A stretch of DNA of 6,976 nucleotides, taken from the IMG/VR virus record IMGVR_UViG_2537561980_000011; one strand, 5' to 3'. Both the position numbers and the translations under genes were made by a program. The stretch is from a virus. Its lineage: Duplodnaviria; Heunggongvirae; Uroviricota; Caudoviricetes. The notes below the pieces were generated by a model. The model worked only from the letters and a program-made list of their open reading frames with translations. It was not told where the DNA came from and searched no databases. Positions within the stretch are counted from its first letter, which is position 1. Every line of letters starts with the position of its first letter. Shown in pieces: positions 1 through 6,060 of this stretch.

Positions 1-441
1 TACTCAGCGTCGGCAAAGGAGCCATGGGTTCTAGCAACTAACTTACCTGTTGAAATTCGAACACCCAAACAACTTGTTAATATCTATTCGAAGCGAATGC
101 AGATTGAAGAAACCTTCCGAGACTTGAAAAGTCCTGCCTACGGACTAGGCCTACGCCATAGCCGAACGAGCAGCTCAGAGCGTTTTGATATCATGCTGCT
201 AATCGCCCTGATGCTTCAACTAACATGTTGGCTTGCGGGCGTTCATGCTCAGAAACAAGGTTGGGACAAGCACTTCCAGGCTAACACAGTCAGAAATCGA
301 AACGTACTCTCAACAGTTCGCTTAGGCATGGAAGTTTTGCGGCATTCTGGCTACACAATAACAAGGGAAGACTTACTCGTGGCTGCAACCCTACTAGCTC
401 AAAATTTATTCACACATGGTTACGCTTTGGGGAAATTATGA
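1..441 (+). CDS. IS10 transposase, C-terminal fragment (5'-partial at window edge)
   Basis: Continuous frame-1 ORF from nt 1 to TGA at 439-441. The provided 97..441 ORF is just the internal Met-initiated part of it. Sequence recognised as IS10/Tn10 transposase C-terminus. Confidence 0.9.
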   Translation, partial: YSASAKEPWVLATNLPVEIRTPKQLVNIYSKRMQIEETFRDLKSPAYGLGLRHSRTSSSERFDIMLLIALMLQLTCWLAGVHAQKQGWDKHFQANTVRNRNVLSTVRLGMEVLRHSGYTITREDLLVAATLLAQNLFTHGYALGKL

Positions 442-454
442 GGGGATCTCTCAG
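432..454. repeat. IS10 inside-end terminal inverted repeat (about 23 bp) with Dam GATC site
   Basis: Matches the recalled IS10 inside-end sequence in reverse complement; GATC at 446-449. The transposase stop codon lies within or adjacent to the repeat, as in IS10. Confidence 0.8.
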
Positions 455-492
455 GGCACCGCATCACAAAACTCATTGTTGAGGGCGCGATA

Positions 493-681
493 ATGAAAAC
501 GTTATTACCAAACGTTAATACGTCTGAAGGTTGTTTTGAAATTGGTGTCACTATCAGTAATCCTGTATTTACTGAAGATGCCATTAACAAAAGAAAACAC
601 GAACGGGAGTTATTAAATAAAGTATGCATTGTTTCAATGCTGGCCCGTTTACGTCTGATGCCAAAAGGATGTGCACAATGA
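493..681 (+). CDS. hypothetical small protein (62 aa) of prophage early-left region; possibly the 3' part of a gene truncated by the IS10 insertion
   Basis: ORF with GAGGG 7 nt upstream of ATG 493. Its stop TGA (679-681) overlaps the ATG (678-680) of the next ORF (ATGA coupling). Same strand and operon direction as the downstream exo/xis/int genes. The frame is open upstream all the way to the IS10 tip, so the true N-terminus is uncertain. No family recognised. Confidence 0.4.
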   Translation: MKTLLPNVNTSEGCFEIGVTISNPVFTEDAINKRKHERELLNKVCIVSMLARLRLMPKGCAQ

Positions 682-869
682 ATCCAGTATTTGCACTTAT
701 TCTGACGGTTTTTCTTGTTTCCGGAGAGCCAGTTGATATTGCAGTCAGTGTTCACAGAACAATGCAGGAATGTATGGCAGCAGCAACCGAACAGAAAATT
801 CCAGGCAACTGTTATCCGGTCGATAAAGTTATTCACCAGGATAATAACGAAATCCCGGCAGGTCTTTAA
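678..869 (+). CDS. hypothetical small protein (63 aa) with N-terminal hydrophobic segment (signal peptide or membrane anchor) and two Cys
   Basis: ATG at 678 preceded by AAGGA (664-668). The product MNPVFALILTVFLVSGEPV... begins with a hydrophobic stretch. ATGA overlap with the upstream ORF. The provided 624..869 ORF is the same frame with an upstream Met; I prefer 678 because of the RBS and coupling. Confidence 0.5.
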   Translation: MNPVFALILTVFLVSGEPVDIAVSVHRTMQECMAAATEQKIPGNCYPVDKVIHQDNNEIPAGL

Positions 870-962
870 AACAGCACCGTAATAAATATCCAGTTTCATT
901 CTTATATGTCAGCAATGGCAGAGATTTGTTCACCCTTAAATCTGTGATGAGGTTTACCAATA

Positions 963-3404
963 ATGAGCACTGATAAAGAAGAATTTGCACTATATTGCGA
1001 AGCAAAAAATGACAAAGTAAGAAAACGCCTAGGAATTAAAGGTGGTTTTTACTGGACTACAGCAAAAAAATTATCTGTTGCAATCTCCCGCTGCATTACC
1101 GCAATGGATGACAACGATTATGATGAAGACGACTTTAAAAAACCCGTCCGCGTCAATTTGCCCGTTGTTGACGACCTTCCGCCAGAAGGCGTGTTTGATA
1201 CTGAATTCTGCAACCGCTATGAAAAAGGCGGGAAAGATGGCATCACAATGACATTTATCGGCCCTTCCCCCTCTGTTCAGGACAAACCAGCCAGCACTGA
1301 CAATACCAACATCAACGGCGAAGACATGGCTGAGATTGAGGAGAGCATGCTTCTGCCTGTCTCCGGTCAGGAACTGCCCATTCGTTGGCTTGCTCAACAC
1401 GGCAGCGAAAAACCAGTAACGCACGTTTCACGCGACGAACTCCAGGCATTACACATTGCACGGGCTGAAGAACTACCGGCTGTTACTGCCCTGGCTATTT
1501 CGCATAAAACCAGTCTGCTCGACTCGCTGGAGATTCGCGACCTCCACAAACTGGTTCGTGACACTGACAAAGTTTTCCCTAATCCTGGTAATTCAGACCT
1601 GGGACTAATAACTGCTTTTTTCGAAGCATACCTGGACGCTGACTACACTGATCGGGGTCTGCTGACAAAAGAGTGGATGAAAGGAAATCGTGTTTCACGC
1701 ATCACCCGCACGGCTTCCGGTGCTAATGCTGGCGGTGGGAACAAAACCGATCGCAATCCGAATTTAGTACACACCCTCGACACACTGGATGTGGAGATTG
1801 CAGCAGCCACACTTCCGATGGATTTTAATATTTATGAAATTCCGGGCAGCGTTTATCGTCGCGCAAAAGAAGTAGTCCTGAACAAAGAAAGTCCGTTCAA
1901 AGAATGGTCCGCAGCACTTCGTGCAACCCCGGGTATTCTGGACTATTCCCGCGCCGCTATTTTTGCACTTATCCGAAGCGCACACCCTGAATTTTATCAC
2001 TACCCGGGACGCCTTCAGGGGTATATCAACGCCTATTTGACGGAAACTGATCACGAGAACCCCAGCAAGGAAACTCTCACAGCTGCCCGGCATACGCCGG
2101 AAAAAGATATCCTGGAAGAAATTAACCGCGAGGTGGTTACTGAGCGTGAAACAGAAGAAGAAAAACCACAACCATCTGACGCAATGGCAGGTGAACAGGC
2201 AACAACTGAAACAATGGAACCGGATACAACTGAACATGGCCAAAACGCGCAGTCGCTGGATGCTCAGTCGCAGGTGAGTTCCGCTAACCAAGTAAAAGTC
2301 ACCGCTGACGAAGTAAACAAAATTATGCAGGCAGCCAATATCAGCCAGCCTGACGCCGATAAGTTACTTGCTGTATCGCGTGGTGAATTTGTTGAGGGGA
2401 TTAGCGACCCGAATGATCCGAAATGGATTAAGGGGATCCAGACCCGCGATTCTGTGAACCAGAACCAGCAAGAAACGGAACAGAACGACCAGAAAGCGGA
2501 ACAAAACAGCCCAAATACGCAACAAAACGAGCCAGAAACGAAACAACCTGAACCAGTAGTGCAACAGGAACCGGAAAAGATCTGCACCGCCTGCGGTCAG
2601 AGCGGTGGCGGCAACTGCCCTGATTGTGGTGCGGTGATGGGTGACGCAACATACCAGGAAATATTCGATGGAGAGAATCAGCCTGAAGTTCAGGAAAATG
2701 ATCCGGAGGAAATGGAAGGCACTGCGCATCAGCACAAGGAGAACCCTGGCGGCAATCAGCATCACGCCAGCGATAATAAAACTGGCGAGGCGACAGATCC
2801 CTTAATTAAGGTGAATGGTCATCATAAGCTCACATCCACCAGCAGAGCGGGGATTCATCTGATGATCGACCTTGAAACCATGGGAAAAAATCCCGATGCC
2901 CCGATTATCTCAATAGGCGCAATATTTTTCGATCCACAAACCGGAGATATGGGACCGGAATTTAGCAAGACCATCGATCTGGATACTGCTGGCGGAGTCA
3001 TTGATCGTGACGTCATTAAATGGTGGCTAAAGCAATCACGTGAAGCGCAGTCTGCCATTATGACCGATGAAATCCCGTTAGATGATGCACTACTGCAATT
3101 GCGGGAATTTATCGACGAAAACTCCGGTGAATTTTTTGTTCAGGTCTGGGGTAATGGGGCCAACTTCGACAACGTGATTTTACGCCGTTCATACGAACGA
3201 CAGGGTATCCCCTGCCCGTGGCGCTACTGCAACGATCGCGATGTACGCACAATCGTTGAGCTGGGGAAAGCCATAGACTTCGATGCCAGAACTGCTATCC
3301 CATTCGAAGGTGAGCGCCATAATGCACTTGATGACGCTCGTTACCAGGCAAAATACGTTTCAGCTATCTGGCAAAAACTGATCCCGAGTCAGGCTGATTT
3401 TTAA
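963..3404 (+). CDS. RecE-like prophage protein (813 aa): RecE N-terminal homology region, acidic Q/E-rich linker, CxxC-x7-CxxC zinc ribbon, C-terminal DEDDh (DnaQ-like) 3'-5' exonuclease domain
   Basis: Long ORF with GAGG about 10 nt upstream of ATG 963. Residues about 110-500 (NGEDMAEIEESMLLPVSGQELPIRWLAQHGSEKPVTHVSRD...TASGANAGGGN...KGIQTRD) match my memory of the N-terminal, non-catalytic region of Rac RecE (exonuclease VIII). The C-terminal 180 aa carry DEDDh motifs: MIDLETMG (D636/E638, nt 2868-2876), NGANFDN (D736, nt 3168-3170), HNALDD (H786/D791, nt 3318-3335). Zinc ribbon CTACGQSGGGNCPDCG at nt 2583-2627. Confidence 0.85.
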   Translation: MSTDKEEFALYCEAKNDKVRKRLGIKGGFYWTTAKKLSVAISRCITAMDDNDYDEDDFKKPVRVNLPVVDDLPPEGVFDTEFCNRYEKGGKDGITMTFIGPSPSVQDKPASTDNTNINGEDMAEIEESMLLPVSGQELPIRWLAQHGSEKPVTHVSRDELQALHIARAEELPAVTALAISHKTSLLDSLEIRDLHKLVRDTDKVFPNPGNSDLGLITAFFEAYLDADYTDRGLLTKEWMKGNRVSRITRTASGANAGGGNKTDRNPNLVHTLDTLDVEIAAATLPMDFNIYEIPGSVYRRAKEVVLNKESPFKEWSAALRATPGILDYSRAAIFALIRSAHPEFYHYPGRLQGYINAYLTETDHENPSKETLTAARHTPEKDILEEINREVVTERETEEEKPQPSDAMAGEQATTETMEPDTTEHGQNAQSLDAQSQVSSANQVKVTADEVNKIMQAANISQPDADKLLAVSRGEFVEGISDPNDPKWIKGIQTRDSVNQNQQETEQNDQKAEQNSPNTQQNEPETKQPEPVVQQEPEKICTACGQSGGGNCPDCGAVMGDATYQEIFDGENQPEVQENDPEEMEGTAHQHKENPGGNQHHASDNKTGEATDPLIKVNGHHKLTSTSRAGIHLMIDLETMGKNPDAPIISIGAIFFDPQTGDMGPEFSKTIDLDTAGGVIDRDVIKWWLKQSREAQSAIMTDEIPLDDALLQLREFIDENSGEFFVQVWGNGANFDNVILRRSYERQGIPCPWRYCNDRDVRTIVELGKAIDFDARTAIPFEGERHNALDDARYQAKYVSAIWQKLIPSQADF

Positions 3405-3419
3405 TGTTCAACCCTAATT

Positions 3420-3445
3420 GCCGCTAACCGTATATAGTTAGCGGC
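3420..3445 (+). other. perfect 9-bp inverted repeat (GCCGCTAAC / GTTAGCGGC, 8-nt loop) between the exonuclease gene and xis; possible RNA processing or protein-binding site; not a canonical intrinsic terminator
   Basis: Seen directly: 3420-3428 GCCGCTAAC, loop CGTATATA, 3437-3445 GTTAGCGGC. No T-tract follows the stem. Confidence 0.3.
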
Positions 3446-3462
3446 GGTTATGAGATATAGCT

Positions 3463-3666
3463 ATGAGCAGCTTATTTTTAACCGAAGATGAATTGCTAAT
3501 ATTAACGGGCTGCAAATATGCAAGCCACCAGCGAAAATGGTTAATGGAAAACGGGCTTCCGTTCTATACCAATCGTAGTGGCAAACCGATTGTCAGCCGG
3601 GATCTATTTACCTGCAATAAAACTTTACCACCACGCGAGGTAGAGCCGAATTTTGGTGCGATCTGA
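3463..3666 (+). CDS. small excisionase-like protein (67 aa; DUF4224-like phage protein typically found immediately upstream of integrases)
   Basis: Position immediately upstream of, and coupled to, the integrase gene: stop TGA 3664-3666 overlaps ATG 3666-3668. Size and the motif LTEDELLILTGCKYASHQRKWLMENGLPFY resemble the small DUF4224-type proteins encoded next to lambdoid integrases. The RBS is weak and function is inferred from context. Confidence 0.55.
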   Translation: MSSLFLTEDELLILTGCKYASHQRKWLMENGLPFYTNRSGKPIVSRDLFTCNKTLPPREVEPNFGAI

Positions 3667-4690
3667 TGGGAAGACGAAGGAAAAATCCTGAACACGAAAA
3701 ATTACCTCCAAATGTATACCCAAATAAATATAGTTATGTATGGAAACCAACATCCAGAGAATCTGTCACACTAACCGCCATCAAGGATGGTTTAGCTGCT
3801 TTATGGAAAAAGTATGAGGAAACTGTAAATAATCGCGATCGTGCAATGACATTCGGTCGCTTGTGGGAAAAATTCCTCGCCAGCGCCTATTACAGTGACC
3901 TTAGTCCAAGAACACAAAAAGATTATCTGCAACATCAAAAAAAGTTGCTTGCCGTATTCGGTAAGGTACCAGCGGATTCCATAAAACCAGAACACATCCG
4001 TCGATACATGGACAAAAGAGGGGAGCAGAGTAAAACGCAAGCCAACCATGAAAAAAGCAGTATGTCCCGTGTTTACAGTTGGGGGTATGAGCGAGGGTAC
4101 GTGAAGGCTAACCCATGTGCAGGTGTAAGTAAATTCAAGGCCAAAAACCGCGAACGATATGTAACCGACAAAGAATACCAGGCAGTATTAAGCGTTGCAC
4201 CTCTTCCTGTTTTTATCGCAATGGAAATTGCCTATCTGTGTGCAGCGAGGGTTTCCGATGTGTTATCGCTGAAATGGGAACAGATTGGAAACGACGGGAT
4301 ATTCATCCAGCAAGGGAAAACCGGAAAAAACAGATAAAAGCATGGAGTCCACGATTACAGGCAGCGATCGAAAAAGCAAAACAGTTACCAAAATCTGCCT
4401 ATGTGATCAGCAATCAATACGGCAACCGATATATGTACAAAGGCTTTAACGAAATGTGGGTAGATGCAAGAAATCGTGCTGGAAAAATTTCAGGTATTTT
4501 AACCGACTTCACCTTTCATGATCTGAAGGCGAAAGGAATTTCAGACTATGAAGGAAGCAGCCGGGATAAGCAACTTTTCTCTGGTCACAAAACCGAAGGG
4601 CAAGTGCTAATCTATGACAGGAAGGTTAAAGTTTCACCAACACTTGATGTCCCGTTACCTGAAAATATTCCAAGAAAATATTCCAAGTAA
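3666..4690 (+). pseudogene. int: lambda-family tyrosine integrase, disrupted by a frameshift in an A-run (about 4325-4330); would be about 341 aa if one A were restored
   Basis: N-terminus MGRRRKNPEHEKLPPNVYP... is the lambda Int-type arm-binding N-terminus (lambda: MGRRRSHERRDLPPNLY). The catalytic region is recognisable (ARVSDVL box I Arg; QQGKTGK; HDLK; SGHKTE; LIYDR with the Tyr). Frame 3 runs 3666..4337 and ends ...GKTGKNR*; frame 2 continues ...NRKKQIKAWSPRLQ... to the stop at 4688-4690. The two frames join through a 6-A run that would read GKTGKKQIKAW with 7 A. Confidence 0.85.
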
Positions 4691-4742
4691 TTCCAAGTGT
4701 GATTTTTGTCACTGACTTAATGATGTGTAAGTGATTGAATTT

Positions 4743-4832
4743 TGGCGGAGAGAGGGGGATTTGAACCCCCGGTGGAGTTGCCCCCACTCCGGTTTTCGAG
4801 ACCGGTCCGTTCAGCCGCTCCGGCATCTCTCC
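4743..4832 (-). tRNA. serU: tRNA-Ser (anticodon CGA), 90 nt with long variable arm
   Basis: The reverse complement reads GGAGAGATGCCGGAGCGGCTGAACGGACCGGTCTCGAAAACCGGAGTGGGGGCAACTCCACCGGGGGTTCAAATCCCCCTCTCTCCGCCA, a class II tRNA with anticodon loop CU-CGA-AA and an encoded CCA end. Adjacent to mtfA and asnT as in the E. coli serU-mtfA-asnT locus. Its 3' end faces the prophage integrase, which is typical for a tRNA att site. Confidence 0.9.
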
Positions 4833-4925
4833 GTTCAGATGGTTGCCATGATGCCAGGAAATTTGGCATTTTAACAGTCCCTGTCCGTGCAATTTTGTTC
4901 AAGTGACGAGTTTGCGAGCAAAACG

Positions 4926-5723
4926 ATGATTAAGTGGCCCTGGAAAGTACAAGAATCAGCACATCAAACTGCCCTTCCCTGGCAGGAAGCACTATCGATC
5001 CCCCTTTTAACGGGTCTGACGGAACAGGAACAAAGCAAATTAGTCACTCTTGCCGAACGTTTTTTACAGCAAAAGCGGCTTGTTCCTTTACAGGGCTTTG
5101 AACTGGATTCATTAAGAAGCTGCCGGATAGCACTTCTATTTTGCCTACCCGTTCTGGAGTTAGGACTGGAATGGCTGGATGGTTTTCATGAAGTCTTAAT
5201 TTATCCTGCGCCATTTGTGGTCGATGATGAATGGGAAGACGATATCGGTCTGGTGCATAACCAACGTATTGTTCAGTCAGGTCAGAGCTGGCAGCAAGGG
5301 CCTATCGTTTTGAACTGGTTGGATATACAAGATTCTTTTGATGCATCTGGTTTTAACCTGATTATTCATGAAGTCGCTCATAAGCTGGACACCCGTAACG
5401 GCGATCGCGCCAGCGGAGTTCCCTTTATTTCGTTGCGTGAGGTTGCTGGCTGGGAACACGATCTTCATGCTGCAATGAACAACATTCAGGAAGAAATCGA
5501 ATTAGTTGGTGAGAATGCAGCGAGCATTGATGCTTATGCTGCCAGTGATCCTGCTGAATGTTTTGCCGTACTTTCTGAATATTTCTTTAGCGCCCCAGAA
5601 CTTTTTGCTCCTCGTTTCCCTTCATTGTGGCAACGTTTCTGTCAATTTTATCAACAAGATCCTTTGCAGAGACTGCATCACGCTAATGATACAGACTCGT
5701 TTTCGGCGACGAATGTTCATTAA
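4926..5723 (+). CDS. mtfA: MtfA (Mlc titration factor A; zinc-dependent peptidase, HExxH motif)
   Basis: The product [28 protein letters not shown]...[10 protein letters not shown]... matches MtfA/YeeI as I recall it, including the HEVAH zinc motif (nt 5367-5381). Length 265 aa as in E. coli. I chose ATG 4926 rather than the ORF-track start 4887 because MIKWPWK is the conserved N-terminus. Synteny with serU and asnT supports the call. Confidence 0.9.
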   Translation: MIKWPWKVQESAHQTALPWQEALSIPLLTGLTEQEQSKLVTLAERFLQQKRLVPLQGFELDSLRSCRIALLFCLPVLELGLEWLDGFHEVLIYPAPFVVDDEWEDDIGLVHNQRIVQSGQSWQQGPIVLNWLDIQDSFDASGFNLIIHEVAHKLDTRNGDRASGVPFISLREVAGWEHDLHAAMNNIQEEIELVGENAASIDAYAASDPAECFAVLSEYFFSAPELFAPRFPSLWQRFCQFYQQDPLQRLHHANDTDSFSATNVH

Positions 5724-5776
5724 TTAACAACTTTGCAGATTAATTAACCAATTGAAATGGCTTATGAAATTTAGTG

Positions 5777-5805
5777 TTGACAGACAAGGTACCGCTAAGT
5801 AATAT
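5777..5805 (+). promoter_or_regulatory. sigma70-type promoter for tRNA-Asn: -35 TTGACA (5777-5782), 17-bp spacer, -10 TAATAT (5800-5805), GC-rich discriminator GCGC
   Basis: Consensus -35 hexamer, optimal 17-bp spacing and a near-consensus -10 located about 19 nt upstream of the mature tRNA 5' end. The GCGC discriminator after the -10 is typical of stringently controlled stable-RNA promoters. Confidence 0.55.
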
Positions 5806-5823
5806 GCGCTCCGTTCACACGAT

Positions 5824-5899
5824 TCCTCTGTAGTTCAGTCGGTAGAACGGCGGACTGTTAATCCGTATGTCACTGGTTCGAGTCCAGTCAGAGGAGCCA
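5824..5899 (+). tRNA. asnT: tRNA-Asn (anticodon GUU), 76 nt with encoded CCA
   Basis: Sequence TCCTCTGTAGTTCAGTCGGTAGAACGGCGGACTGTTAATCCGTATGTCACTGGTTCGAGTCCAGTCAGAGGAGCCA is identical to the enterobacterial tRNA-Asn as I recall it; anticodon GTT at 5857-5859. Assignment to the asnT copy (rather than asnU/V/W) rests on adjacency to mtfA. Confidence 0.92.
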
Positions 5900-6060
5900 A
5901 TTTTCTGTTTTCATGCATCCTTGCAAATCTTTATCTGATGTTGATTCAACAGGTTAGTGTGAAAACTCTTCTCGGTGCATTCTGATTTTACCCTACGCAT
6001 CGGGAAAAATTGGTGGTCAAATCTGGGATCAGGTTAGTTCGATAATGGAGTGACCCCCAT

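Larger units (their letters stand above)
1..454 (+). mobile_element. IS10 (IS4 family) insertion sequence, inside-end portion; the element continues upstream of the window
   Basis: Frame-1 translation from nt 1 (YSASAKEPWVLATNLPVEIRTPKQLVNIYSKRMQIEETFRDLKSPAYGLGLRHS...THGYALGKL*) matches the C-terminal part of the IS10/Tn10 transposase as I recall it. The sequence ending at 454 (GGGGAAATTATGAGGGGATCTCTCAG) is the reverse complement of the IS10 inside-end terminus (CTGAGAGATCCCCTCATAATTTCCCC), including its Dam GATC site at 446-449. From 455 onward the DNA is unrelated (prophage). Confidence 0.9.

Noticed and set aside
97-441. ORF-track call of a 114-aa protein starting at Met 97
   Set aside because: It is not an independent gene. 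The frame is open from nt 1 and is the C-terminal part of the IS10 transposase, whose start lies upstream of the window.
420-899. 159-aa minus-strand ORF
   Set aside because: It is antisense to two plus-strand ORFs that show RBSs and ATGA coupling, it spans the IS10 terminus and prophage junction (so it cannot be an ancestral gene), and it has an odd Cys/Asn-rich composition. Likely spurious.
1042-1424. Short ORFs 1042..1251 (+) and 1071..1424 (-) nested in the RecE-like gene
   Set aside because: Fully contained in or antisense to a long, well-supported ORF; no independent signals.
1764-2765. Minus-strand ORFs 1764..2291, 2264..2587, 2364..2765 and 2428..2652
   Set aside because: Antisense to the RecE-like gene. 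Their Cys/Phe/Leu-rich low-complexity translations are the mirror image of the sense-strand Q/E/N-rich region. Spurious.
2855-3058. Minus-strand ORF inside the DEDDh domain coding region
   Set aside because: Antisense to a region with clear conserved exonuclease motifs on the plus strand.
963-3404. Calling this gene canonical recE (exonuclease VIII) with a recET recombination function
   Set aside because: Only the N-terminal region resembles RecE. The C-terminal catalytic domain shows DEDDh motifs rather than the RecE nuclease, and no recT follows. I therefore describe it as RecE-like and chimeric and do not assign the gene symbol.
3801-4049. 82-aa minus-strand ORF
   Set aside because: Antisense within the integrase gene; no support.
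4626-4902. Minus-strand ORFs 4626..4892 and 4717..4902
   Set aside because: They overlap tRNA-Ser (4743-4832) and the int 3' end. The tRNA call explains the sequence conservation.
4887-4925. Upstream start ([13 protein letters not shown]...) for mtfA from the ORF track
   Set aside because: The conserved MtfA N-terminus is MIKWPWK starting at 4926. The 13 extra codons would run into the divergent serU promoter region and give a protein longer than the known 265 aa.
4833-4925. serU promoter on the minus strand
   Set aside because: Candidate hexamers (TTGAAC / TAAAAT) exist but with non-canonical spacing, so I could not place a promoter confidently.
5277-5727. ORFs 5277..5468 (-) and 5506..5727 (+) within mtfA
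   Set aside because: Nested in or out of frame with a confidently identified gene.
6050-6060. Start of the 6050..6976 ORF as given (MTPICSLPTQKS...)
   Set aside because: The N-terminal about 45 residues of this frame are out-of-frame read-through. The true integrase N-terminus (MFLTDAKIRTLKPSDKPF...) is in another frame starting at 6061, so the gene is a frameshifted or deleted pseudogene rather than an intact 308-aa protein.
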